From Candidatus Multivoradales bacterium (GTDB lineage: Bacteria; Acidobacteriota; Thermoanaerobaculia; Multivoradales; Multivoraceae): a stretch of 64,000 nt of DNA. Shown here one piece after another: positions 30,395 to 40,651 of the stretch. The notes under the pieces are model-generated. The model did not search any database, was not told the DNA's origin, and saw nothing but the letters and a program-made list of their open reading frames with translations. Numbering within the stretch: the stretch's first letter is position 1; each line of letters starts with the position of its first letter. The DNA is taken from assembly GCA_965223325.1 (NCBI GenBank), contig CBDCWI010000001.1, positions 448,001 to 512,000 of the forward strand, read 5' to 3'. Made by a program: the position numbers and the translations under genes.

Positions 30395-32017
30395 ATGAAC
30401 GAGAAAAAGGGTACGGCGCGTCGAAAATTCTGGGGATGGGGATTCGAAGGACAGGGCTTCGGGCAAGAGGAGCGCACCGCGATGGCGGCGCGCATCGCCC
30501 AGCGCTACCAGACCGATGACCTCGACCCCGGGCCGCCCCCTCCCGAGGTCTCGGAGATAGAGCTGCGGGCGCCGCGCGTCGCCGCACCGACCTCACTGGC
30601 GAAGATCTCTACCGCCGAGCCCTACGAGCGTCTGCTCCATAGCTACGGCCGCTCCTTTCCCGACGCGGTGCGCGCCTTCCAGCGCCACTACCCGGAGCCG
30701 CCCGACATCGTCGCCTACCCAGAGAGCGAAGAGCACGTTGGCAACGTACTCGACTGGGCGAGCGACGCCAACGTCGCCGTGGTTCCTTTCGGTGGCGGCT
30801 CGAGTGTCTGCGGCGGTGTCGAGACTGCCGTCTCTGGCTCCTACGCGGGGGTGCTCTCACTCGATCTTACGAAGATGGACCGCGTTCTCGAGGTCGACCC
30901 AACGAGCCGCGCGGCGCGCATCCAGGGCGGTGCGCGTGGGCCGGTCTTCGAAGCCCAGCTCAAGGAGCACGGCTACAGCATGCGCCACTTTCCCCAGAGC
31001 TTCGAGATGGCGACGCTCGGCGGCATGATCGCGACACGCTCGGGCGGGCACTTCGCAACCCTCTACACTCACATCGACGACTTCGTGGAGTCACTACGCT
31101 GCGTGACCCCGGCGGGCATCCTCGAGACCAGGCGACTACCGGGTTCGGGGGCCGGGCCGAGCCCCGATCGACTGCTCATCGGCTCGGAAGGCATCCTCGG
31201 GGTGATCACCGAAGCCTGGATGCGGGTTCAGGATCGCCCCACCCATCGTGCCGCAGCCTCTGTGTTCTTTGGCGACTTCTACCAGGGCGCCGAGGCGGTG
31301 CGCGCTCTTTCGCAGGCCGGGCTCTACCCATCGAACTGCCGTCTCATCGACAGTCAGGAGGCACTCTCGACCGGTGCCGGTGACGGCTCGGCGTCGCTTC
31401 TGGTCCTCGCCTTCGAGTCGGCGGATCATCCGGTCGACGCATGGATGGCAAGGGCACTCGAACTGGCCCAGGACCATGGCGGCCGGTTGAGTGAACCGGA
31501 TGAAGACGGCCCGTCTCATCGCGCCGGAGCCGCCGGAAGCTGGCGCAACGCCTTTCTGAGCGCGCCCTACTGGCGCGAGGTGCTGGTGCCGATAGGGGTG
31601 ATCTCTGACACCTTCGAAACGTCGATTCCCTGGAATCGTTTTCCGGACTTCCATCGCACCGTCTCCCAGCGCATGAAGAAGGTCATCTCCGAAGTGACCG
31701 GTCGCCCGGCTTCGGTGACCTGCCGCTTCACTCACGCCTACCCCGACGGTCCGGCGCCCTACTTCACTTTCCAGGGCTTCGCTGGCTCACTCGATCGCGC
31801 CCTGGAGCAATGGCAGGAAATCAAGCTGGCGGCCAACCAGGTGGTCGTCGAAGAAGGTGGCACTGTCACCCACCACCATGCCGTCGGTCGCGACCACCGC
31901 CCGGAGGGCTACGACCAACAGCGCCCCGAGCTCTTTGCGAACGCTCTGCGGGCGAGCAAGGCGGTGCTCGATCGGAACGCCATTCTCAACCCCGGCGTTC
32001 TCATCGACCCGGCCTAG
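30395..32017 (+). CDS. FAD-linked oxidase (alkyldihydroxyacetonephosphate synthase-like)
   Basis: 'PFGGGSSV', 'HFPQSFE..TLGGMIATRSGG', 'GSEGILGVIT', 'HHHAVG'. Confidence 0.85.
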   Translation: MNEKKGTARRKFWGWGFEGQGFGQEERTAMAARIAQRYQTDDLDPGPPPPEVSEIELRAPRVAAPTSLAKISTAEPYERLLHSYGRSFPDAVRAFQRHYPEPPDIVAYPESEEHVGNVLDWASDANVAVVPFGGGSSVCGGVETAVSGSYAGVLSLDLTKMDRVLEVDPTSRAARIQGGARGPVFEAQLKEHGYSMRHFPQSFEMATLGGMIATRSGGHFATLYTHIDDFVESLRCVTPAGILETRRLPGSGAGPSPDRLLIGSEGILGVITEAWMRVQDRPTHRAAASVFFGDFYQGAEAVRALSQAGLYPSNCRLIDSQEALSTGAGDGSASLLVLAFESADHPVDAWMARALELAQDHGGRLSEPDEDGPSHRAGAAGSWRNAFLSAPYWREVLVPIGVISDTFETSIPWNRFPDFHRTVSQRMKKVISEVTGRPASVTCRFTHAYPDGPAPYFTFQGFAGSLDRALEQWQEIKLAANQVVVEEGGTVTHHHAVGRDHRPEGYDQQRPELFANALRASKAVLDRNAILNPGVLIDPA

Positions 32018-33867
32018 CGACGACGCAACCGCGCTAGCACCAGTGGCCGCAGGTCGTCGAGCGGAATCGATCCTTCGGCGACCATCGCGTCGACGAAGTG
32101 TTTCGTCCGGTAGGCGTCGCCGAGCTCTACTCTTGCAGCCTCGTCGATGCGCTGCACCTTCTGTTGGCCCAGCCAATAGCTGGTGATCTGCGGTGCCGAA
32201 CTGATCGCCCGCGACCACATGTTGGCGGCAAAGTGCTGGTCCTGGAGCGCCTCGGTCTGGACAAACTCGAGCACTTCGTCGCGGCTCATATCCTCGGTAT
32301 GGACGCGGATGTCGACGATCGTGCGCGCGATGTTCTCGAGCTGCTTCTTGAGGTGCGCCAGCCGATCGAGGGGTCCTCCCCAACCGGCATCGAGCATCAC
32401 GATCTCGGAGTAGCTCCCCCAGCCTTCTGTCATCACGCCGTCGGAGAACAGGGCGCGCACCTTTCGCGGTGAGCGCGCCGCGACCTTGAGCTGCAGGTAG
32501 TGGCCGGGGATCATCTCGTGGGCCGTGATCATGACGTTGAAGTGATGGTTGAAATCTCGAAAGAAGGCGCCGCGTTGTTCGTCGCTGAAGTCGGCCGGCG
32601 GGGTCGGCAGGTAGAACAGGGTGTCGGCCTCCGGCGCCCAGGGGCCCGCCGGGTACACACCGCCCACGGCTTGTCCGCTGAAGAACTCGGGTGAAGCGCT
32701 GGTCTTGACGGTCAGGGGATCGGGCAGAGTGACGATGTCGGTGCGCCTGGCAAACGCCTCGGCCTCGAGAAGTAGGGCGCGGTAGTCCTCGACGAACTCC
32801 TCCACCGTTTCTGCGTGGTCCTCGCCGACCCGTTCGAAGAGCTCTTTGAGGACCTCACGATCAGGCATGTCACCGGGTGGTGCGCGATCGGGAAACACTT
32901 CACTCCACACCGAGCGACCGTAATCTGCCGCACGACCCCGGGTTTCGAGAAGCGCTCCCTCGGCCACCTCGAGCACCCGCTCGACATCGGCAAAGCGCGG
33001 CAGCTCACCTGCGGCCGCTCCGATCTCAGCCAGCGGGTCACTGCCGTGGAGGAGCGTGAACAGGCGCTGGTAGTCGTTGCCGAGGCGAAGGGTGCCCTGG
33101 GCCTCTTCCTCGAGCTCACCCAGGCGTTCGACGAGGACCATGAGTGCTGCCGCAGCGGCCTCGCCGCCTACCCGCAACTGCGCTTCGAGCTCGCCACCCC
33201 CCGGGGAACCCTCTGCCCGCCAGGCGGCGAGAATGTCTCGATTCCACAGCGGCACTGCGTTGCGCGCCTGTCGCGCCGCTGAAGCGACGCGCTCAGGTGC
33301 CATCGACTGAGGCTCCCGGGCCAGCGCTACGAGGGCGCTTTCGACGAGCGCCGGCACGAGAGCGGCGCGCTTGGCGATCGAGTTGTAGCGTTGTTCGGCC
33401 GGAAGATCATGGCGGACGAGGAGGAAAACCGGAGCGTTCGAGAGCCGACCGGTCCAGAACGTCGGGTCGCGCTCGGGCTGTCTCCTCTGGCCCCACAGGA
33501 AGATCGTTCGTGAGGCCTGGCGCTCGACGAGGCGCGCATCGATAACCGAGGGATCTTCGGCTGCCAGCGACGACGGCGGCTGAAGCTCGAACGCATCGAG
33601 CCACTCCTGGTTGTAGCGCAGCCACTCGACCCTGGTTTCCTCGTCGAGAACTTCGAGTTGGTCATCGAAATCATGCCGACCAGCCGCCGTAGCGCGACTC
33701 GGAAACGTAGCGAAGTAGCGCTCGATGTAGCCCGTTACTAGTGAGTCGAGTGAGTCCGCGGCGCGCTCGGCGCCGATCCGCGGCTCGTCTCCCTTTCGGC
33801 AACCGAAGGACAGGACCAGCGTGACCAACAGAACCCCCAACACCCGCCAACGGTAGCGACTTCTCAC
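32014..33867 (-). CDS. DUF885 family lipoprotein (putative metallopeptidase)
   Basis: Lipobox 'SFGC', 'HEMIPGHYLQ', 'EGW..YSE', 'Q..SY..G'. Confidence 0.8.
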   Translation of the reverse strand: MRSRYRWRVLGVLLVTLVLSFGCRKGDEPRIGAERAADSLDSLVTGYIERYFATFPSRATAAGRHDFDDQLEVLDEETRVEWLRYNQEWLDAFELQPPSSLAAEDPSVIDARLVERQASRTIFLWGQRRQPERDPTFWTGRLSNAPVFLLVRHDLPAEQRYNSIAKRAALVPALVESALVALAREPQSMAPERVASAARQARNAVPLWNRDILAAWRAEGSPGGGELEAQLRVGGEAAAAALMVLVERLGELEEEAQGTLRLGNDYQRLFTLLHGSDPLAEIGAAAGELPRFADVERVLEVAEGALLETRGRAADYGRSVWSEVFPDRAPPGDMPDREVLKELFERVGEDHAETVEEFVEDYRALLLEAEAFARRTDIVTLPDPLTVKTSASPEFFSGQAVGGVYPAGPWAPEADTLFYLPTPPADFSDEQRGAFFRDFNHHFNVMITAHEMIPGHYLQLKVAARSPRKVRALFSDGVMTEGWGSYSEIVMLDAGWGGPLDRLAHLKKQLENIARTIVDIRVHTEDMSRDEVLEFVQTEALQDQHFAANMWSRAISSAPQITSYWLGQQKVQRIDEAARVELGDAYRTKHFVDAMVAEGSIPLDDLRPLVLARLRRR

Positions 33868-34706
33868 TGGCCCTGGAACTCGGGTGCGCGCTTCTCGAGG
33901 AAGGCAGCCAGCCCCTCGCGAAAGTCCTGAGAGGCGAACAGGGGGAGTAGCTGAAGGTAGACATGATGCACATGATCCGGAAACTCTTCCGACAAGCCGG
34001 TGCGCATCATGCGCTTCGAAGCCTGCACTGCCAGCGGTGCATTGGCCGCGATATCGCCAGCGAGTGCGTAGGCCTCAGACATCAAGTCGTCGTGCGCGAC
34101 GACCCGATTGACCAGGCCCCACTCGAGGCTTTCGGCAGCGGTCAGGGTGCGCCCTGTGAACACCAGCTCCGACGCCTTCGCCCAGCCAAGAAGCCGTGGC
34201 AGGATCCAGGTGCCACCACTCTCGGGCAGCAGTCCGCGGCGGGTGAAGGCGGCGGCGAGCTTCGCCTTCTCGCTGGCGATCCTGATATCGCAGCCCATCG
34301 CCAGGTCGAGACCGTAGCCGGCCGCACCACCGTTCAAAGCACAAATCGTCGGCGTGTCGATCTCGTGAAGCACAACGGGTGGCGCGTTGCGCAAGTCAAG
34401 GGTTGCCGGGCTGGCACTGCCTTCTGAGCCGATCCCGGAACCGCTGGTTGCCTCTTCGATGTCGAGGCCGGCGCAAAACGCGCGGCCCGTCCCGGTGACA
34501 ACGATCACCCGCACCGACGGGTCGGCATCCGCCTCGAGCAGGCGCTCCGAGAACTGCTGGAGGAGGGCGCGCGAAATCGTGTTCATGCGCTTCGGACGGT
34601 TGAGCGTCAAGGTAGCGACATGGCCTCGGACGCCAAAGAGCAGCGGGTCTTCGGAGGCGGCGGCAGCGGCGGGTGGGGTCTCGATTCCGGCGGTCGTCTG
34701 GTTCAT
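33864..34706 (-). CDS. Enoyl-CoA hydratase/isomerase
   Basis: 'LNRP..MN', 'AFCAGLD', 'NGGAAGYG', 'AFLEKR.P.F'. Confidence 0.9.
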   Translation of the reverse strand: MNQTTAGIETPPAAAAASEDPLLFGVRGHVATLTLNRPKRMNTISRALLQQFSERLLEADADPSVRVIVVTGTGRAFCAGLDIEEATSGSGIGSEGSASPATLDLRNAPPVVLHEIDTPTICALNGGAAGYGLDLAMGCDIRIASEKAKLAAAFTRRGLLPESGGTWILPRLLGWAKASELVFTGRTLTAAESLEWGLVNRVVAHDDLMSEAYALAGDIAANAPLAVQASKRMMRTGLSEEFPDHVHHVYLQLLPLFASQDFREGLAAFLEKRAPEFQGQ

Positions 34707-34815
34707 TGCGAGGGTGCTCCTGGCGCGCACTGAGTGCGCGTAGTCATTCACGGGTGGCTTCGGAACCAGCCTACCGCCTCGCGCCCGCCGAGACCCCGCC
34801 CGGAACTGGGTCGCT

Positions 34816-36561
34816 TCAAGCCGAGCGTGGGTTCAGGCGTTCGGCCGCGTCATCCGGTGGTTTTGCGGTGACGGTTGCCGCCGGCCCCCTCGGAAGCCAT
34901 AAGCTGAACCGCGTCCCGCGCCCGGGTTCCGACTCGACCGTCAGTCGACCGTCATGTCGGCGCAAGATCGACGCCGAAGTCGCCAGGCCGAGACCACTGC
35001 CTCGATGTTTGGTCGAGTAGTACGGCTCGAGCACATGCCCGAGGTGCTGCGGGTCGATTCCGGGGCCATCGTCGCGCACCGTGAGGCGATAGTAGGAAGT
35101 GGCGGGGAGCGAATCGGGGGGCTCGTCGCTGGTTTCGATCGCGATTTCCACCGTTCCGCCGCCGGGCATCGCCTCGAGGGCGTTGACCAACAGATTGATC
35201 AGCACCTGCTCGATCTGGCCAGCATCGACCTCGACCAACGGTTCGGTTTCGGACTCCTTGAAAACGACACGGACCCGCGACCCCCGCAAAACCAGTTGAG
35301 TGGCCTGATACGCCAGCTGTTCGAGGTTGACGCGTTCACGTACCGGCGCCGAACCACGGGCGAAGTTCGACAGCTGTTCGGCGAGCCCTTTAGCGCGCAG
35401 CGTGGCACCTTCGACCTCACGCAGCGAACGCTCGAACGTCTCCCGATCGTGATCGAACCGGCGCAGGATCTCGAGGTTGGCCACCACCGCGGTGAGCACG
35501 TTGCGAAAGTCGTGCGCGACGCCACCTGCGATCAGAGAAAGACTGTGAAGGCGCTCGGCCCGCAGCTGAGCGTCAACCGCCTCACGCTCCTTCGAAACGT
35601 CTCGCAGAGCCACCAGGAACCCGACATCGTTCTCGAGCGGGCGACAGAGCAGTTCGAGGTCGCGCTCTGAGCCGCCCTGTTCAATGCGCCTGATGCGCAG
35701 CGGTCGCTGGCAGTCTCCGAGCGTCAGGCCGTCGAGAATCGAAGGCCCAAGCAGACTTTGTAGGGACTTACCGATGGCTTCGTTCTCTTCGAGACCGAGG
35801 AGTTCCTCGAGTCCCGAATTGGCCTCCAGCACCCGCGCTTCTTCATCGAGGCGCGCAAGTCCGTCGAAAGCCGTCTCGAGCAGTCCTACGTAGCGGGCGC
35901 GACTGGTCTGGAGCGCACGTCGGTCGCTCTTGCGAAAGAGATCGTGCAGGAGCACCGCCAGAATGATCGAGCCGGCAGCGAAGGTCATGTCGAACAACAC
36001 GTCGAACGGTCGCTCGAGAGAGCCGGCCGGAGCTCTCCATGCCACCACCCCCGCCATCGCCACGCTGGCGATTGCCAGCGCCACCGCCATCCAGCGCGGC
36101 AGCACCACCGCCGCGAGCACCAGGAGGCCGACGACCACGATCAAGCTCGACTGGAAGTCACCGAGCTCACCGCCCCTGATCGCCAGCCAACCAACCACCA
36201 GAAAGCCCACCGCTCCGGAAACCCGATACCAGCGCGTGCGACTGAGCGTGAAGCAGAGCGCAACGACCGCGAACGCACCAAAGACGCCAAGGAGATGGCC
36301 GCCTTGGACCGAGGGCTCGAGCAGCCAGGTATAGGGAACCGAGACCACTAGCCCCCAGATGCCAATCGCCAGCAGGACCGCACTCACCAGCTCGGCTTGA
36401 AGGCGCTGGCGAGGATCGAGAATCTGTGCCGATGGCCGCACGAACCGTCGCAGAGCGCGTTGGAGGTTCCGCTCTGAACGATGTTCGTCTTGTTGCCGGT
36501 GTTCTTGCGGGTGACTGTCCCGTTCCTGATCAGTCTCCGCCGAAACCAGGGTCTTGGTCAT
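34816..36561 (-). CDS. Membrane-bound PAS sensor histidine kinase
   Basis: Multiple TM helices, PAS domain, H-box 'AHDFRN', N-box 'NLLVNA', 'DDGPGI', 'GSGLGL'. Confidence 0.92.
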   Translation of the reverse strand: MTKTLVSAETDQERDSHPQEHRQQDEHRSERNLQRALRRFVRPSAQILDPRQRLQAELVSAVLLAIGIWGLVVSVPYTWLLEPSVQGGHLLGVFGAFAVVALCFTLSRTRWYRVSGAVGFLVVGWLAIRGGELGDFQSSLIVVVGLLVLAAVVLPRWMAVALAIASVAMAGVVAWRAPAGSLERPFDVLFDMTFAAGSIILAVLLHDLFRKSDRRALQTSRARYVGLLETAFDGLARLDEEARVLEANSGLEELLGLEENEAIGKSLQSLLGPSILDGLTLGDCQRPLRIRRIEQGGSERDLELLCRPLENDVGFLVALRDVSKEREAVDAQLRAERLHSLSLIAGGVAHDFRNVLTAVVANLEILRRFDHDRETFERSLREVEGATLRAKGLAEQLSNFARGSAPVRERVNLEQLAYQATQLVLRGSRVRVVFKESETEPLVEVDAGQIEQVLINLLVNALEAMPGGGTVEIAIETSDEPPDSLPATSYYRLTVRDDGPGIDPQHLGHVLEPYYSTKHRGSGLGLATSASILRRHDGRLTVESEPGRGTRFSLWLPRGPAATVTAKPPDDAAERLNPRSA

Positions 36562-37258
36562 GAGGTGCCTATGCCCACGCGTTATTGACCACGCCGTCCA
36601 TCCGGCTTCTCAGGGAATGGGTCCTACGGCTCGGGTCTTTCCGCTCTTGAAATGTCGGAGAAGAATTGCTGGAGGAATGAAGTTCGCTAACGGTTATTGA
36701 GCAAGGGCCGTGCCAGCCATCCTCAGGCGAAGGTGCTCTCTTCTGCGCCGTCGCGGTACATTCTTCGTGCGGAACGCGTCAACCTGAACCCGCTAGCCGG
36801 TTCGAGTGACTTGCACTCAGCCCGGACGAATGGAGGCAACATGCAAAACACCATGCGCACTCTTCTGGCTCTCTTCATCGCCTCGATATGTGCCGCGCCC
36901 ATGCTGGCGGCCAATCCAGAGTTCGAAGGGATCTGGACGATTGATCTCGAGCGAAGCGATGGAATGGGGCCAGAAGAGCTCAAAATCGACAACACCATCG
37001 AGCTCACCCTCGACGGCGAGAACATCAACGTCAAGCGCACCTTCAAAGCCAACGGGCAAACCGGAGAGATCGACTGGGTGTTTGTCACCGACGGCAAAGC
37101 CCATCTCATCCCTGGCTTTCGAAACGAGCGCAACGCGCGCACGAAATGGAGGAAAAACAAACTGACGGTTGGCTACACCATGTCTCGACAAACCCCGCGC
37201 GGTTCCTTTGATCTTGACGTCACCGAGCAGTGAAAGATCAACAAGAAGGGCGAACTCG
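36109..37258. repeat. Left copy of a ~1.15-kb imperfect direct repeat
   Basis: Aligns by eye with 52972-54141 from CGCCGCGAG to GGGCGAACTCG. Covers the kinase 5' end, the divergent promoter region and most of the secreted-protein gene. Confidence 0.95.
36841..37258 (+). pseudogene. Truncated copy of the secreted protein at 53724-54212
   Basis: Near-identical to the right copy, but TGG became TGA at 37231-37233 and homology ends at 37258. Confidence 0.9.
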
Positions 37259-37689
37259 CGGCGTGCCGCGCACGGTAGGGGGTAAGTTTTCACGGCATCG
37301 CTGACGTAGGCGCCGCGCCGAAAGCCAGAGCTCTCCATCAGCCTCCTCCAGGACCTCGAGGGGTTGTCGCGAGGGCAGAAACCTCGCCTTCGCCACCCCT
37401 CAACCTCGGCACTCCGCCCGAAAGACGCAGCTCCGCCATCGCACCAGTAGGTGCGTCCCCCTCAACCTCGTCAACCACCTCATAGCCGGCGGCCCGGATC
37501 GTCAGGGACCCCCGCGTGCACCCGGCCCAGGCACTTCCAAGGCCACAAACGGCAGCGGGCTGGGAAGGTCCGGGGCGGAAACCGCGCCTCCAAGTCACCA
37601 CTCCACAGAAGATCCCGTGCCGCGCGATGCGACCGTTGGGCCGGTGGCGAGGCGTGGTCAGGCCGGTTTTAGTTCTTCTGCCCCATGCG

Positions 37690-38227
37690 GCTGACCTACG
37701 CACCCTAGGGTCTGCGCGCAACCAAGCCATCCTTCCTGGGCGCAGGACTTCGCGTCTCGGAGCTCGCCGCCCTCCGGTTGAGTGATGTTCGAGATGACAG
37801 CGAAGGCGGCGCGTTGCTGAGGGTCCAGGGTAAAGGTGGAAAGGGCCGGCTCGTTCCACTCGCTGAAGGCGTCCTTGCTTCGATCGACGGCTACCTCGGA
37901 TCGTCTGGACGAAGACGCGGCAAGGGACAGCGTGGGCCGCTCTTTCTGCCCGAAGACCGCGGCGCGACTGGGAGACCGCTTGCCGCCCTCACGACCCGCG
38001 GCATCAGGAAGGTCATCAACACCGCTGCCGGGTCCGCGGGGATTCAGGGTAAGAGCGTCTCCCCCCACGCCCTGCGACATTCCTTCGCAGTTTGGGCCCT
38101 TCGAGAAGGCGCCAACATCGAACAGCTACGACGCCTCCTCGGTCACTCCACGATCCAGACCACGAAGCGCTATCTGGACCACCTCGAACTCGGCGAGCTC
38201 CGCGAAGCGTTGCCCGAACTCCCTTGA
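37690..38227 (+). pseudogene. Tyrosine recombinase/integrase, catalytic domain only, frameshifted
   Basis: 'LGAGLRVSEL', 'GKGGK', 'HALRH', 'LGH', 'KRY' share one frame, while the preceding 'ARNQAIL' is in another (shift near 37735). No N-terminal domain recognised. Confidence 0.8.
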
Positions 38228-38386
38228 GGCCCCTCACCGACAGATTGGATCCTACAAACCAGCACCTAAGTAGATCACGAGGCTATGCGCCATGCGCGAT
38301 TCGAAACGACTCGCCCTGCCGAGCTGGGCACCCAGCGCGCCAACTACGTCCTTCTCCGGCAACCCTCTGGCACCATCCGGTAGCCA

Positions 38387-38896
38387 TCATTCCGGCGTCT
38401 CGTCTTCGCTCGTCGTAAGAACAACTTCCTCGATTGTTCCTGTCGCCTTCGATCCTTCCCACACGCGAATCGTGACTCGCCCGACGATCACGAAGAACAG
38501 CGCGTCGCACTCAATCGCTGAGTGCTTCAGGATGTGCCGCCAGTTCTTCAGATCTCGGGCCGACGGCGTAGGGTCATCCTCCGGATGCGTGTGCCACTCG
38601 CCGAGGTAGTTCTGCGTTTGACCCGACTCGGACCACGCTTTCACCACTCGCTTCTGAGCAGGGCGTCTAGCCCGGAAGAATGAGAACCGACCGCGGCGGT
38701 CCTCAGTACAGGGAACCGTCACGGCGTCGATCACGACATCGTTGCAGTTCTCTATCAAGCGCCCGATGAGGATGCCTCCGGCTTCTTTCGAGTCTCTGCC
38801 GAGCTGCCGGAACCTATCGAACACCGCCATCGCGCCTGTACCGAGCTGAACCTGGCAGCCTCTCGCCGCTCGGCGGAATCTCAATCCGCCCGGCAT
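38387..38896 (-). CDS. cap3: CBASS Cap3 JAB/MPN+ isopeptidase
   Basis: 'EAGGILIG' and 'GEWHTHPE...PS..D' JAB motif; ATG 38896 overlaps the cap2 end. Confidence 0.9.
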   Translation of the reverse strand: MPGGLRFRRAARGCQVQLGTGAMAVFDRFRQLGRDSKEAGGILIGRLIENCNDVVIDAVTVPCTEDRRGRFSFFRARRPAQKRVVKAWSESGQTQNYLGEWHTHPEDDPTPSARDLKNWRHILKHSAIECDALFFVIVGRVTIRVWEGSKATGTIEEVVLTTSEDETPE

Positions 38897-40644
38897 ACGT
38901 CGCAGTCCGACTGATAAAAGCAAGTCTCTTCCGCGCGGTGCGTCTCTCGCAGCTCTTCCCCACGTCGAGAAAGTGTGAAGCCGCCTGACAGGAAATGTCT
39001 TTCGTCGCTCGCCGACCACGTGACCAACCGCGGTGACGGGCCCGCCATGGCGCGTAGGGCTTGGCGCGTAGTTTCGACAGCAGCCTGGTGAGCGTCGATG
39101 GCACCGAAAGGAGTGAACGTCCCGGCGCAGCCTCCGAGGGTACGCGAAAACTCCTGCCCCGGAGCCGCCAAACTCGCCATGTTGAGGAGCCCGTGCTCCT
39201 CGTCGCGCCTGAAGAGGCACGAAAAGCAACCGCGTCCCACTCCGATCGAAAGCACGTGTCCACCAAGGCCCAGCGGTTCGAGCCAGGCGTGGAGTCGAGG
39301 GGCGTTCGGCCTGTTGGCAGCGAAGTACCGATCGAGTACACGCTCCAGCGTCTCGTCTCCGAGCGCGATCACAACCAGGTCGCAATCGCACACGAGGCCT
39401 GGACTCTCCAAGAGCACTGTTTGGATCTTCTCGTGTGCCGCTTCGAACTCCGTGTGCGGAAACCGGCTCGACAGGACGCTGCTGAGCGCCTTCGCCTTTG
39501 AATGTCCGATCAGGGACGCGCCGAGTACATGGCGGTGTACGTTGCCACCGTCGAGGCTCTCCTGGTCCACGAGAACCAGGCGCCCGAATCCGCTTTCGGC
39601 GAGAAGGGAGGCGGCGTGAGAACCCACCGAACCACAGCCGACCACGGCGACGGACCTCTCATGGAGGGTAAGGTCCGCCCCCCCTCTTTCCAGCAGGAAG
39701 CCGGCGTCCACCCGCGACACATCCCAACGGTTGACCGGCTCGTCGAGCGCAACCGCATGGCGGCGCCAGTTGGGCACCGTCTGGGGTCGGAATCCTCGCT
39801 GGGCCATCCTTTCTGCCGTGCCTCCGAGCTTGGGCACCTCGGCTGCAAAGACGACATCGTGCGCTTCACCGAGCGGCGCCGAGAACATTAGAAGGCTCGG
39901 TGGCCCGTGGGCCTTTAGCCACTGTTCGACCGCACTCTGAACGTCTGCTTCCGCATGAGCGGCGACGAGCCCTAACAGCGAGCGCAAGGTGACGCGCTCG
40001 CCGAAGGCCGGCGGCGAGAAAAGCGTGACCAACCTAACTAGGTACCCACGACGCTGTTTGCCGAGGCGGCACCCGGTCTTCTCTGCCCAGCTTTCTGCCG
40101 CCTCTCTGTCGGGAGCCACCAGAGACTTAGAAAGTCGTCCTATTAGTTCGATTGAGACAACCTCTCCAGAGGTTTGTCGTGGAGCAAGAACCGAGAGCAC
40201 GTCCTGCGCACCCTCGTCGGGCCAGTACGATAGGAACTCATCCTGAATGTCTTTCTGCTGCTGCTCCTCGCTCCTCTCGAACAGAATGTCGGCAGCCAGC
40301 TGGAGCGCATCGCGGACGACCGCCTCCGGCCTGGAGCTGTCGATCAGAGCAGATGATTCTTGGGCGAGGCACAGCTTGCCGGAGCGCTCAAGGTGGGCGC
40401 GCACCCGGGAGTCAGAACGCGCAAGCACTTCGACTCGAGGAAGACAGTCCGGGAAATCGGCTGGGAAGACGACCCTCAGCTCTGCCCACCGCTCAGCGGT
40501 GGAGTCTCCGATTCGCCCGACGAACGCGCCATCCCCCGCTTTCTTGAACGCGCGTTCCGTGAGGAACTCTCTAGCCCGCTGTGTAGCGGCCTCTCGCTCT
40601 TCCTTCATCTGCTGGTCGAGTGTGCGGGGCCGTGCGGGAGTCAC
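38881..40644 (-). CDS. cap2: CBASS Cap2 E2-E1 (ThiF) fusion
   Basis: N-terminal E2 'HLERSGKLC', C-terminal ThiF 'VGCGSVGS', 'N..RH', 'CFSC...CDVC' and 'GCAGTF'. Confidence 0.9.
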   Translation of the reverse strand: MTPARPRTLDQQMKEEREAATQRAREFLTERAFKKAGDGAFVGRIGDSTAERWAELRVVFPADFPDCLPRVEVLARSDSRVRAHLERSGKLCLAQESSALIDSSRPEAVVRDALQLAADILFERSEEQQQKDIQDEFLSYWPDEGAQDVLSVLAPRQTSGEVVSIELIGRLSKSLVAPDREAAESWAEKTGCRLGKQRRGYLVRLVTLFSPPAFGERVTLRSLLGLVAAHAEADVQSAVEQWLKAHGPPSLLMFSAPLGEAHDVVFAAEVPKLGGTAERMAQRGFRPQTVPNWRRHAVALDEPVNRWDVSRVDAGFLLERGGADLTLHERSVAVVGCGSVGSHAASLLAESGFGRLVLVDQESLDGGNVHRHVLGASLIGHSKAKALSSVLSSRFPHTEFEAAHEKIQTVLLESPGLVCDCDLVVIALGDETLERVLDRYFAANRPNAPRLHAWLEPLGLGGHVLSIGVGRGCFSCLFRRDEEHGLLNMASLAAPGQEFSRTLGGCAGTFTPFGAIDAHQAAVETTRQALRAMAGPSPRLVTWSASDERHFLSGGFTLSRRGEELRETHRAEETCFYQSDCDVCRAD

Positions 40645-40651
40645 CCGACGC

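Noticed and set aside
37259-37690. ORFs 37338..37859 and 37516..37785 near the left junction
   Set aside because: No recognisable motifs apart from the few integrase residues at the end of the latter; treated as degraded sequence.
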